NCBI GenBank assembly: GCA_040954595.2 | Contig: CM082581.2 | Coordinates: forward strand, 9,919,099 to 9,983,098 | From: Balanoglossus misakiensis | Taxonomy: Eukaryota > Animalia > Hemichordata | Length of the DNA: 64,000 bases | Direction of reading: 5' to 3' | Shown here: piece after piece, positions 40,001 to 54,261 of the stretch | Layout of the letters: every line of letters begins with the position of its first letter | How positions within the stretch are numbered: position 1 is the stretch's first letter | Notes under the pieces: generated by a model | The model's database searches: none | What the model was told of the DNA's origin: nothing | What the model saw: the letters and a program-made list of their open reading frames with translations, nothing else | Made by a program: the position numbers and the translations under genes

Positions 40001-43000
40001 CGGGGGGTCCAGACGGAGGTTGAACATATCCGTCTCGAAGATATCTGGAATGCGTGCGCGTATTGCGATGGGTGTGCATCGTATATGCACCGCATGGGGA
40101 ATCGGAAATAATTTCTTTTAAACCTGCTGTAAAAAGACCACTTGTCGGCAGACCCCGTTGACCCGGAATTTATGAATGAATTTTCCCGCCTTTACAAGGT
40201 AATAGGGTACTCACACGGCTTGTGGCGAGAACGAGGTCTCGGGAGATCGTACACGGTTTGGCATTTCAACCCTTGCGGAATGTTCAAAATGTTTCTGGCA
40301 AGGTCATTGCCCGAGTTGCGATCAAAACATGCTCGATTTTACGACTGCGGGAGGAAAGAAAACCGCGATCAATTATTTTATAGCCGAAAATATAAGAATA
40401 AGAATGCAGGGGTGAATATGCGACCAAAAGGAAATAGTCACGTCGAGGATCATCAGATACCGGAATCGCAAAATGTATATGATTATCACAGCAAAATTCA
40501 TCCAAGATTTTTAATTCAATACATGTTTTATATTACAATCTCACGATGGTTTATCTTCGTCGCTATTTTTTCTTTTCCGAATGTGTTCGATTGTTGGCAG
40601 TGGACCGAAATGTTCCAGTGTGTGTTGACATCCCCCATCCCCTGTCATTGGTCTCAAAACGTTTCTGCTATTCAAACAATGTTCCCCAGCAAAGTGCAAA
40701 TTAGTATCGGTGAGAAATCCATACTGTCTTGATTTGCCCCACCGTGAGCTCTAGAATTTCCCCCTCTCTTCCTTGGCGTTCGAACATCCGACGTCACATT
40801 TTCAGTGTGCACCATTTTTGTCCCCTAAAGCTTGTTATGACGACAAAAAAACGCGGACCGACGTAAACCCTTACGGAGCTGCCGGTGCCCAACCCGTCTT
40901 TACATCCCACGCCGTCGCGATGACGTGACAAAAAAATCATCAGTGACCTCGCATTTGTTCTATACTTTCCACCAACCAGCACTTCAATTCTCCTGAACGA
41001 CTGTCATACAAAAATAAGGTTTATGACTTTCTCTGCAGACCAGTAAACGACTGGCCCGGCATTCCAACACCGGACTATATATGTCGTTGCAATCTTGACA
41101 TTTACCCCTTGCAGTTTGCATCTAGTTCTCGAAGACCATAAATCAAAAACGAATCCATAAATCTAAACGCTTCCAGTTTACATAACCTCATATGCGAAGT
41201 CTACGGTCGAGGTCAGGGGTTAAACGTCACAATCAAACGCACGCCCATGCAGACTAGAATCTCTGCCATCGAATTTGTCATTACAACAAATACAATTTCG
41301 TTTGGACCAATTTTGCCTACTTAATAAGAATTTAATCATAATTATCCTTTATCAATTATGTTCTTATTTCAACCAGAATTTGAACAAGCCTACATGAAGA
41401 AAAGTACGGCCGAATATCCCTACAAGTTACTTAATAAAGAATGAAAAAAATCGTACCTACTTGTCAAAGCACACACCTGTATACTAGTATATCAACAGGA
41501 AACCCTCACATAGCGATGCACTGTGATGATGAATATATCCCGACATTTAAACACTCCCGGTTCATCTAAGCGGCTAAGTCAAAAACTGCGATGCAAAGAG
41601 CAGGCGACTTGAAACACTTCCGATAGCAACGAAACCTTCTCTTAATAGGGGCTTTATGAAGACGCAGAAATCCGGTATTGCCCCGAATGGCCGGTGGTTA
41701 TTGGGGGATTAATTTCGCGGGGCCGCCCTTGCGAAGTTTATCTCGATTTCATCGCTGTTTAAGAATAACAAGATCATGATAGCGGAGTAGGTATTAGGTA
41801 CATGTAATCGGGACGAGCTATATCGACTGAAATCGGCATCATTAACATTCCTAACACCCTCAATGTAGACACAGCTACCGTGTGCGGTTACGCGGTTCGT
41901 TATATTGATACAAGCTTCTTCCAAAATATTTTTCTTGGGTTTAGATACGTCTCCTTAAACACCATCCATAAAAGAACTTAGCAGAAGGAGGAAACCAATC
42001 CTTCAGTTGCCGAAGGGGGAAAAAAGTCTGACGTGGACACGTCACAACTGATAAAAACACAGAATCCGTCAAATCGTGGGCCGGGCTCCGATTATGGTCA
42101 TCTCCGCTCGTACGCGATTCCGGCGACATCATCGTCACGTGACATTTCAGAGCGCCTGTGTCGAATTTATTTACTGTCGTGTTTTCTCCGGTGTTGAATT
42201 ATTGGAAATGTTTGAATAATTGCCAAAAGCGTAGGAGTGAATATGTATAACTTCCTTGTTTTCACGACTGAATGAATGAATAGTATGTCAAGCTGAAGAA
42301 TTAAACCCGCAAAGAGTGGTGTCGTAACGTACGTACATGTACATGTAAATTGAACGACCAAGCCAGTAATACCGTTTGACACCTGGCGCTATATACCTGA
42401 TGCAAACATTGTTATAAAAGTAACGAGCGCAAATGTAACTTGTTTTTTTTTTACCAAACCGGAATCGCTGAGCATTAAAAGAGTTACCACGGATTTTTGC
42501 GGTTAACAGATGCGGCTACTATACCGCGAGCATTATTCGGAAGTTTGGAGCCGCGTGCCTGTGGTCCGTTTGTGGTTTTTACAACCAGCGGTGTGGCGTT
42601 ATTTTTGGGTCGAGGAAATGTTCCGGGAACAACAGCGCTGACTTGTATTCCAAAAATGCACAATCCCTGTATCCCTTGTTCAATAAACATTCCAAAAAAA
42701 ATAAGGGTGGGTAGATCGGTTATCTGACGAGGCCTTGAACCTTCCCCCATCCATCATAGTCACTCATCACCATCATTACAGTGACCCACTGTCCCTTACT
42801 CATGTTGAATTACATATTTCACACATTCTTTCCTGTATCTAGGTCGTCATAATTATGTTCTGTCACTGAATGTCACCTTCGTATCCGATCAAAACAAATA
42901 CCACCGACCGCTCCTTCTACAAGGAGTGGCGGGACACTTAGCCTCGTACGCCAGGAAGGAGGAGAAGATTTCAGCCTCGTACAAGAGCAAATCATTCTGT

Positions 43001-46000
43001 GATTTTCTTTCGCATTTTTATGAAATCAGAACGATTTCTGGCATGGAGAACCAAAATATGCAACCGTGCGTAGGCATTACATAATAAGAAGAACGCGAGA
43101 CTCGAATCATTTCAGGTAAAGGTTATGCGAGTACCGCAATATTGTAATCGCAAACGGTTTACCGATATTTGGTAACATGTCATAGATTGGTCCGGTGAAC
43201 ATAGCATTGTCATTACCATCGCCGCAGTCCACTAGCATACCGGAAAACGTGGAAGTTAGCTCTTGATTCTGTCTGGGCATATGTGCTACGTATCTGTCCG
43301 TCTGTTTAAAATTTGAGTGTTTCCACAACGTGGCATATCTCTACTTTTAAACGATGAAAACAGTTCCTCATCCGTCTGTTTTATTTCTAGTGTTTCCGTG
43401 ACAACGCTTCCTGCGAGACAGTTTGACCGCGTTCCTAATTTGTTACTGTGATTAACAAGCCTGCTTTACAATGGGTCTTTAAGTCTTAATTAATTTTAGA
43501 CAAAAAGGGCACTTTTGAAACCATGATGCATTTCTGCCTGGTTAGTCTGGAGGTATGTCATCTACCGAGGATTAATTGAACGGTTCTTTACTAACACCAT
43601 GTTAGGCAACAACATCTAATTGGATTCAGTTCACTTTTAATTTTATGAATAACTCGATCGAATGCGATTGCGTAATCTCTCTGTTCTAGTGTCTCTTTCA
43701 TTTTGATATAAAAATTACATCTATGCGTTATAAAAAGACTTCATGAAGATTTTATGATGATGAATCACATTTCCATACACGGAGTGTTTTCCCGGTAAAA
43801 TAACGTCACCGGTTAGACGTAACGACTTGTGACGCGTTAACGTTCCGTTTGGGTGGTGGTGGTTATTATAATTCACGAACTCGTTACCTAACTATGTCTG
43901 CAACATTTCGTATGCCTGATTTATCCCAAATTGCTCCGAAGCCATAACAGAAGGGTCATTGTGTGCGCGTTCGTTTTTCCAGATCTGAAACCGTGATCAC
44001 GTGACGATTTTGATCAAAACACGACACCTGGTACTAAACACCACACTGAAAATAACGTAATTTACATAGGGCACACTTAACGCTACAATAGTCCCAGAAA
44101 ACAACACAGCAGTGAAATTTACATATTATTTCGGTCGTATTTTTTCACGCAATCACGCTGTCACAATAGAGTAAATCATTACAGATTCGCAACACGGTTA
44201 CAAATCATAAAACAGCGAACGCGAAAAGTCAATTATAAAAACCAGGACATTTACTTGCGAACCATACTGAATGGCCAAACTCTTGCGTCACATGTTCATT
44301 TCAATGCGAGCAACAAACACGTCTACCACGTGCCTACGTTCGATTTTGGCTAGGTTAAGCGGCAGAACTACGACGGTGCAGTCACTATGCGCATATTTAG
44401 ATAATCCGGAAAAAAAAAATTTAAATCGAACAAACAACTGGCAAAAAGGCGCTGGAGACCTACCTGCAGCCTGTGCAAAGACGATAAGATATTGAGATAT
44501 AATTATGATATCGCTCAACACGTTGGATAAAGTCTTCAAGGGGCTCTATTATCGGTCTGTCATCGAGAACGGACAGCGATCACTTATGGGCACATCGTAA
44601 GAAGACACTATGGTTTTTATAGCAAGTCGGTGCATAGATTGAATAGTTAGGGGTCGGTTAGATGTATCCGTTTGGCAATAAAGCTAATTGGACTATTCCT
44701 TTAACGTGACACATGGTGGAAGTATTGGTGTACTTTCATCCCGCTGGAGAAAAAGGACTCTGCCAGCCAACACGGGCGGGCGGACAAGGTATAGAGGAAA
44801 GTATGTCAGTCCCGGAGAATGTGGGTTTCTGTACTGAATCCCGACTGTGTCGATACGCTAATTGAAATATCCAGACGGTTGGAACGTCATACCTGCAGAG
44901 AACCAGACTTTGGCCCGTTTCTGTGGAACTAGTCTGGCTGGGTTTATTTCCAGCGCGTTTGACAGCGGAAAGGGGAAAAAATGAAATATCGACCATATTG
45001 AATTTCAGCTTTGATCCTCTCACCTGAACCAGTCAACACCGGAGGCGAAATGGTATCGCCCGATATAATTTTCTCATTTCCTGAACAGTAGCGCCGAAGC
45101 TAAAAACGTATTTGATTTTTGGATGTCAAGATGCTAACAACTGACAGCACGCAGTAATCAAGTAACACACGTCCGCAATGACCCCGCTTTATTAAAACTG
45201 ATAGGCTAGCTTCCCTCGTCTCATTAGCTTCTTAATACATTTCTAAGTGATACGTGAAAGCAAAACTAACACCGCAACCTCCATGTATAAAACAAAAATA
45301 TAAACTTCCACGCACATACTTTTTTCACGTCCCCTACCATATTTGACAAACCGGAGGTCACAAAAATTCCACGGGATGTTTTCTATAAAAAGTAGCAATT
45401 ATGTTTGCAAGGGGATCCTCGGAAAAGAGCTAGGGGCAGGCTGTAATAAAGACAAGCCGGTGAGATTGCGTTTACATCTGTTGACGGACGAATGAAAATG
45501 ATTTCACGTGCAAAGACCAAAGCTTGTCACTGAACTTCAATGAGATATTCAGAAGGAGGATTTTTTGTTGCGCCATTTTCTTGGATCATGTGATGTCAGG
45601 GAGGGGGGGGGTCTGAAGAAAACACAAGTGGTGGGTGGGGGGGGGTTTCGCCAATTAGTGGTTTGTGATATTAAGAAGAATGCGACGAACGGCAGCGACG
45701 AAAGACGATGACATGGTCGCTCCCAAACAACTTGTAAAACAAGAAACCACGGGGGATATCCTTATCCACTACATAATACGCCGGTACTTCGCTACAAATG
45801 CCAACAACCCCGTAGGGGACTCTAAACGACGTTGTCACCCATGCTAATGGTATTTGGGGGAGGTTTTACACTAGCATTCCTTAACCATCAAGAAAAATTG
45901 AAAGTCGTCAAGACCCGCGCGAGTTCCACCAAATCTCGCTTCAGATACAACCGATAACTTATACAATTCAAATGTTATACAATCATGAATTTATGTAAAT

Positions 46001-47724
46001 GTCGCCACATTCTCGGAGGAAATGCCAAGATTTGATAACTGTTTATGCATACTCGCTTGACGGTTCATTTCGTATCCACTGTATTAACCCCACTCTTCCT
46101 GTTGGTGTCAGAAGCTATCTGCTGGCGGAGCTGACGACGTACTTAAAAAGTTATTGCGCATTAGTTCTTGTGATATTCGTGTTAACAGTCTTCCAAATTT
46201 GCATTGACAGGACGCCGCACTTCTCAACTCACATTATATGCACAATATTATTAAGATTTCAAGACTGCGCCCCGCGGTCAATAATATTTTAAAGGGTGTG
46301 AAAACGTAATTAATCCCCGCCGAACACCAGTGGACGCGCCTGATATAGACTCCGGAACTACGAGCCTGGAACGAGGCTCTCTGGTCTGCTGAAAAGATTC
46401 TGTTTGAGTGATCGTTTAATGTTGTCCAAAAATATGCAACGCGCATTCGTTAATTGCGGGAATGAGTGACAAGATCTTTAGATGGAATGTACACACACTA
46501 ATACTGTTGCAAGGTTATGTTACTGCTATTTTGATTTGCCTATATCTGCTTGCCGATCTCCGAGGCCGCAGCTTCGGTGTTCTCTCGGCCAGACCAGAGT
46601 CGATGGACGTCGGTGGGATTAAATATTACGCGTTCGCAGAGCGAAACTTGCCGAAAGAAATTCAAACAAAACATACACATGTATAGAACGCCGCCACTCG
46701 ACAATTGACAGCATAGACAGCAGGGGCGAGTGAAAGTTAAACAAATTTGAAAAAGGCTACCACCAACGACTGCCAATATCCATTGTCAGCACAAAACGCG
46801 AAGTCAGAATCGATCGCCAGCATAATCGGCTTACAGCCCTAAACCCCACGCGAAGGGTACTCCAGCCTTGCTTTTCAACACGTTCGATAACCTCTTGTAT
46901 TTTTGCCAAACTCATCAACAGCACGGTACTCACCACAAGTGGCGTCCAAAGCAAATCTCCTCCAAATGAAACTTCTGAGTGCCAATTTTTTTACCGGTTA
47001 GTGCGGAAATCGAGATCGCAACGGCGCGAGAACACCTGTGGCGGAGTGTTTATACCTGTGCGAGATTAACAAACGCCCCCACCGGTCCTTTCAAGGACTG
47101 GAGGCGCCTGGAAGAAATTTGCTTGAGGCGAAGAGTAATTCATAAAGACACGGCTGACGTAAACGGAGGCGTGCTAATCACAAAATATAAAGGCCTCTGC
47201 ATAGTTTGGATGAAAAAAAACGTGTAATTCACTGTTGACCGACAATCGAGAAGTCATTTCCTGAGCTGATGTGAACCCGCCCCTTCTGGCATTAAAACAT
47301 TTCCATGGAAACAATAGTTTTACGTTGCAAATGGCAATTATTCACAGAAGTGTGATTCAGCCACCCTGATAAATCTGGTCTTTTTTTAGTCGCAATCATA
47401 AATAAACGTGACAAAACTAAACACAGTGGTTACAACGCAATAGTAAAAGTAAATTCCGTAATTACTCCGTTTCGCTAATTCATGGTTTTCGCGATATTTC
47501 CAGATTCTGAATGAATGGCCATCCGTTCATTCATTTAATTATATGAGATTAAGCAATATTAAGTCAACAGCGTGTGTGAATGGCGGATATCCATTTCGCG
47601 GTCCGCGGCTTGGCGGCCATCAATTACTTTAAAGGCCATGTGGGCGTGTGTGGACCGTCATATTGATTGTGGCTTTTAAAATTTACTCTCCCCCACTGAG
47701 AAACAAAATGGATGTGTGTATGCA

Positions 47725-47980
47725 TGGATGGATGGGTGGATGGATGGATGGATGGTTGGTAGGTTGGTTGCATGTTGAATGAATGAGTGAGTGAGTGAGT
47801 GAGTGAGTGAGTGAGTGAGTGAGTGAGTGAGTGAGTGAGTGAGTGAGTGAGTGAGTGAGTGAGTGAGTGAGTGAGTGAGTGAGTGAGTGAGTGAGTGAGT
47901 GAGTGAGTGAGTGAGTGAGTGAGTGGGTGAGTGAGTGAGTGAGTGAGTGAGTGAGTGGGTGAGTGAGTGAGTAAGTGAGT
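47725..47980. repeat. Compound tetranucleotide microsatellite: short (TGGA)n then ~49 x (TGAG)
   Basis: (TGGA)n runs 47725-~47755, grading through TGGT/TGAA units into nearly pure (TGAG)n at 47784-47980. Confidence 0.97.
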
Positions 47981-50900
47981 TGGTAAGTAAATGATGGATT
48001 TGGCACTCTTTTCAGTAAAGATTATTGAGCAAGTGCCTTGTCCTGGTGTATTTATGAAGATTTATATTAATGATGAACATGGTGTTAAATCGTCAGATTT
48101 CATTCTTTGCTTCGTCGTCATAGCGACTATGTTTTTACTGCAGGGGCTTAACTGGTTCACAGAACGGGGAAAGTCGCGCCGGCGAAACAGTTCTCTGCAC
48201 TAGGTTGTTATGGTTACGGGTTAAAAAGTCTAACTGGGGCTGGTACGGGTTTAACAAACCTTCAACGACCAATTAAATCGATACAATCAGAGCGCCATCG
48301 CTGAAAATTGCAGAATGTGGATATCGGTGAAACAGGAAACGGCCAATTTACCAAGTTTCAAACGCACAATGAGCATCAAAGCGAGTCATCAAAGGTAGTG
48401 TTATTTCCTAGTCGGTCTTTGCTGTAAATTGCGATCGACAGAGGTTCTGTGGAGGCATGATTTGAAACGACGATATTTCCTTTGAGCTCCATAACAACGG
48501 GAAGAAAAAAAATCGCTGAATCGACACTGTCTGGAAACTATCAGTCACAATAACACCGAACCGATACTCGTAAAATTCAACCCCCTTAGGACTCAAACAA
48601 ATAAACACCGAGGTGAAGACGAGGCTACTTGACAGAATCGTGATCAGTACAACACGAGCGTTCGTGATTACCATGGAAACCGATTCACAAGAAATCCACC
48701 GGATAATTCGCTACATGACTTGGTCATTAATTCATTTCACTACAATTACAATGCATGGCGAGGTTGTCGCAGCCAAATATTTTCTGGAAAAGCGAATAAC
48801 ACACCGCCCATGTTTACATATATACAGTGCACTTTGCGCCAGTAATTTGCAGACAATCGTTGGCAAACGTGTCTCCATATCATCAACGCTATTGATTTTC
48901 AATACCAATAACCAACTATTCAGCTAAGTCCACACAAACAGATTTTATCCCATATGGTCCTCATTGTCTGCGCGAAGAAAATCGATTTTTATTAACACAT
49001 AAAGAGATCACTAACCCTACCTGTCTACCAAGTTCTAAAGAGCGACTAAATGCTCTGTTATCTCCGACGGCCATATAGTGAGTTTGTAGATGTCATAAAG
49101 ATGACTAAAGAATCGATCTCGGTGAAATGCTAAGGCGGCAAGATGTAAGGCCTCTTTACGCGCTGGACTTGCTACTGCATGCTTTATCATCATTGTCCCA
49201 GAAAATGTTTCAAGGGAAAGCGGCGTTTGTAAGTTCACTCATTACGAATATATTTTTTTTGCTTTTTGCTTATTTTAACGAAAAGCTAGTGTTGCGAAGT
49301 GCGACCAGGCGGCGAGAACAATTATTTTCAACTTAATCAAAATAATAATGGAGGAATTTTCCCCAGTGTATTTCATAGATGCTGCCCTTCACCCATTTCT
49401 CGGCAACCGCCTACCCATCGTCTTCTGAGATCGTCGACGAACAAGATTTGACTCGATAACCGCGATCAAGAACATCCATGAAGTTCTAGATTTCTGGACT
49501 ATTTCAAGACGGTCGCGGTGAAGTTTTGACATTTGCTCTATACCCACTTGTTGAATACGTGCTGTCGGTTAAAACTACTTTCAGTGGCGACCTTGGTATA
49601 CGTGTGTGCGCAGACCTCAGGGGTTATTGCCTGCAAAACTGCTATCAATTGACATATGCCAACTTTTTCGCGCCTAAAATAACTTCTGTTGAATGAACCC
49701 TTTTCACCCAGAAATCGTTTGTCTCCGCAGCCCTTCGCCTGAAAGACAGTAGCGAAACTACTGGACACATTTATAGACTCTTCCAAACAAATCCACGCAG
49801 TTTAACTTACCGCTTTCTCAGTCGTGACTACAGAATCCGCCTACGCAGTGTCCGTGCCTGTGTGGGATGTGATACACTATGTCCTTGTTCGCAGCTTGCA
49901 TTGGCCGAAACCCCCTTGCCTAAATTTATAGTCTACTGTCACCAACGTCACAGTCTCTCTCGCGACAGTGACGTCCACTCGTCGTAACATAGCGATGGGA
50001 GATCGTGACCGTTTTACGACTTCTACATGTTGTTGTGCTTTTTCGGATGCCCGTTCGTGATCGCTCACAGACCGGCGTGATGCATATTTTGTTTCTAGGG
50101 GGAAGGCCTTAATTGTGGCCTAGATGGAAGAACTGAGCACGAATTCCCGAACCGATCCAAGCGAATCTCCTGCCCATTACAATTAGAGTGCTTGCTCTCC
50201 GTACAATTATTGGATAGAACTGGTTTCGGAACGACACTTCGTGGTGTCGGGAGGAAAGGGACGATGACGTCCAACCGAGCTACCAGGCAACCAGAAAAAA
50301 AGCTAACACCGTCAACTTGTGAACCTGTTGACCAATTCAGATCTCACCCTCTCTCTCAACAAAAGTTCGTGGCGATAACTTTTGATCAAACCGCAGCCGT
50401 GATCAAGCACAGCATACTTACAAGTATGGGGAGCCGCCATGACAGAATAGAAGAGCAAAGCGGACAAAATACGGCTATATACTAAACGGGGATGGGGGGG
50501 GGGGCAACCTGTACGGGTTAAACAGGGAAATTACCTATACCCTTCAAGATATTTACACTAACTGTGCCGTGGTTGTGCAAACACTAACCGCCGTAGGAAC
50601 GGCGATGGGATACACAGTAATCTAAAAATCACGATTTTTAATTAAATATTGATAATCAACCTGTCAGTATGTCGTAACTTTGAAATATAATTTACAGTGA
50701 CGTGCCCTGGTAGTTTATGAAATTCTCACAGAGTGTTGGCCTTTACGGGTTAGAGACTTGACAAGATGGCAGTGTGCCGCGCCATGGGGTTAAGTGGTTT
50801 CTGGCGATCATTTACCTTAAGCGAATACACGAGTATAAACTGTATCTAGATCACTACCAAAGTGATATTAGATAGGCAGCCGACGTGGCATATAGTCGCT

Positions 50901-53900
50901 TGTGTTACATTTAAATATATACATCGAAACCGAATAAAAATAAAGTTATGATGCTATTTTATGAAATTGATGCTGATGATGCGTGCGGACAGTTTTGACC
51001 TTATTATAACGACTCGACACGCGTCTGCTAGTATCTCACAGTCTCTTCCATTCACAGAGATCAGCGTAAAACCTTCATTTTGCTGACAAACTGACTCCTG
51101 GCGGACAGTCTCACGCACATCCGTTGTGTTTGACGGACAGTAATGTCGACAAATTAGTGTCACGTGTGTGTATACACGGGACAAATTGTCTTAAAACGAA
51201 GCCTTCTGCCCCTGTGCGCGCGCCGAAGCAGCTGTTTCCAAGAAGCGGTAACTAGGCAACGGTGGCGTTTACCGTAATGAATGGTTGCCAGGGACACCGG
51301 CACTGTTTGCGATATAAATAGCAACAGAGGCAATCGTGCGATTAAAATACCCTTGTTCATTATTAATTTCCAATATTTTCACGACAATTGTTACACGAAT
51401 AGCCCCCAAAAAACGAGGAAGAAATTAACTGCAGTGCGTCACGTGCAAAATTAATGAACGTTGTCGAATTGAGCATCTGTTGACTGAAATAGTACTAAAT
51501 ACACGATATGCTGCAACCTGATCGCCGATCGCACAAGGAAATAACCGTACCCACCTTGTACGTATATCGGTATGTGCATATGTACGGCGAATGACATGAC
51601 AAATGACAAAGCCATCTTGAATGACATCACATCAGTGAACCTCGAGAAGGATGGAGTGACTGCCTATACACATCGAGACGAGCGGCTACGTGTGAATCCA
51701 CAGGTCTCTCCTTTTTTCCAAATTCGATGCAAAAACCTTTTGCCTGCTGAACGAATTCATCCAGTGCCAATATTTACAATTCGAAGATAATATTGCCGAG
51801 TGGTGACGCCTTTTGGATGATTAATGACAATCGTGAACTAACTTGCGGCGCGTAGTTATTTACGCAGGAGGTAGGCCTACTGCCGGAATACATTATACAG
51901 CACCACACTACTTGAGCAGATGGACTGACTGCCCTCACTTTACACACAATTACTTTTTCTATGCCCATCACGACGTTTCACGGTTGGTTACCCGCCAAGT
52001 CTACACGGAAGAAGGAGCAGGCGCGTTACAGTGTGCGCCCGGAAAACTCGCATGGAAATGACGCAGATCCAGAATGAAACAGGGAAAAAACAAAAACAAT
52101 ATCAAGAAATGTGAATATCGTTTGTTGACGACTCAGACTCGGGCGTTTACCAGGTTTCTGACTGGGACATTACGCAAGTGTGCATGTGGGTTTGTAAAGG
52201 AAGATGGTGCCCAAAAACACCAGTCGTGTTGCCATCCGCATCGCGTGAGAGCGCCAAAGGCGCGAACAGACTTGGTCATTTGAATGGGGAGAATGCTTCC
52301 TACGCAACTGGCAGAAACCGGTGTACATCCTCTGTTGCAATTGGCCAAACACAAAGTTACAGGTGTCAGGAAGTTGATGGAAAAAATGTCCTCGGAGAAC
52401 ACATTACAATGTCAATGAAACTGAGCGCCAAAGTCAGGTGTGCTTTCATACATTCAGCCTACGTTTTCTTTCGGTGAAAGTGAATTCTGATAGCCCTGTG
52501 TTTTGGTAATCCCGGGCGTTTTTCCCCCGCAATCACCCGCACAGGCTTCGCCTTTCTTACCGCGAATCCAAAGAAAGACAAAGATAGACAGAAAGGGCAC
52601 AGTATATACCATACCATCCACGTTGAAATGCCCGTGGCGTTCTAGTTGCACCAGAAAAGCGTTCTGAACAATTACAAGAATGACTGATTTTTTTTCCGAG
52701 TGCTGTACGTGTTTCAACTGAAGCAGTGGTCACCTAGATTTCGACGAAAACCCGTGACAATCCCCTCCCCTCCATATCGACCCACTTTCGTGACATGCCA
52801 TGTCCAAGACAACGGGGAAATATGTATCCATGTCAATACATGTGGTACAGAATTCACTCACAAACCATTTAACACATTCATGCGGCGAAAGACGTCGTCT
52901 GAAAACTCACCTGGTGGAATTCTGTCCAGGAGTCCCAAGACTTTTCTTTCAGGGCTGCGTTACTTTCCAGGCAAGACGGGAAAAAGTCGACATTCTGCCA
53001 TGAACGACTGGCGCGCACGTATCACTGCTTGGTCCGCAAATGAATCTCGTCCACTGTCGAAGAGAATTAGCTCTGTAAAACGGCGATACAATGTGGTTAG
53101 TAGAACTTCTCACTGAGAACAGGGCATTCCGTTGAAAGATCCACGCGTACGTATCCTTCACTTCTAATGCAACGGGGCTGGCGGAGTGACTTTGGCAGAC
53201 ACGGGTCAGGGTATGGCCGCGTAGTCATACACCATGTTCGACAAGAAATCCGACACCTCTTATCCGTACAAAGGTGTAATTCAGAACCTCACAATTGCCG
53301 AAATACTGTTTTGTACGCGATGATGTTTTTTGTGTGTGTATGTGTGTGATACCGACGACGGTGAAAAAAAAGGAAACGCAACGTGCATATCCCGCAGTGG
53401 CTTGTGAAATGCCAAGTAGCAAGTCGAGCCGACTTGTTCGAAATCGAAGATGTTTATTTCCATTCAAAATATTTGTAGTCTTCGCCAGGTCCGATTGTCT
53501 AATGGCACACACGCCATCTACATTTATCACACAGCGCATATCAAATGTCTCCTATGTTTCTGAGAGGGACGTGCTAAATTCCCAACCTTTCAACTAATGT
53601 ATCCTATTTCGATGTTTCAGAAAAATGACATGCGAACGAAATTGATGGAGATGATATGCTACATTCTAGTAAAGGCCTATCATTCAGTGCACGCTTACCG
53701 TAATTTTTTTATTGCAGGATCAATATTAAGCTTACATTCCTCAAGTTAATAAATGCAAACTGCAAACTTACAACACGTATCCTATAGTCTGTCATGTTTA
53801 AACCCATCTTCATTTTTTATAAACTTCACAACGACCCTCGCTTCCAGGAATTACTTTCCTTTTGGCCTTTTGACCGAAGAGGCTACACGCAACTGACCCG

Positions 53901-54129
53901 GAATCTTCACAAATCCCCATGGAATACAGGCAATAAATGTACTATACGAGGTGGAAAACCTTGTTAAGTGATGACTCAGCGAAAACAGCTGCAGTATTGT
54001 TTTGCGTGCAAAATCTGCACTTGCATAAACACGTGCATTTTGTGACTGGAACACTCACATAATTTATACAGGAAATAGAATTTGCATAAGTCATAAATTA
54101 TCTCCATAGCCTGCGACGTCGCAGTCTCT

Positions 54130-54261
54130 TCACTGCGCCGACTGCTTTAGTTCCAAAATCGACGCAAGAAGTGCTTCTGGGCTTGGCTTTGCCGCCGTCG
54201 CCGACACTTTGAATCCGTCCTTTTCCAGCGCATCTCTCGTCGTCGGTCCGATTGCGACCCA
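54130..54261 (-). CDS. UROS: UROS terminal coding exon (WVAIGPTT...KPSPEALL...stop)
   Basis: Acceptor TTTTTTTCACCGTTGTAG|TGG; 43 codons plus TGA. A candidate AATAAA lies on minus at 53708-53713. Confidence 0.92.
   Translation of the reverse strand, partial: WVAIGPTTRDALEKDGFKVSATAAKPSPEALLASILELKQSAQ

Noticed and set aside
40142-40732. 196-aa ORF
   Set aside because: Non-ATG start, no recognisable homology and non-coding-like composition.
47683-48006. (THSL)n ORF
   Set aside because: It is a translation of the (TGAG)n microsatellite.
54111-54124. 14-bp palindrome CTGCGACGTCGCAG just after the UROS TGA, as a readthrough signal
   Set aside because: A few palindromes of this size are expected by chance, and the protein already ends at about the usual UROS position.
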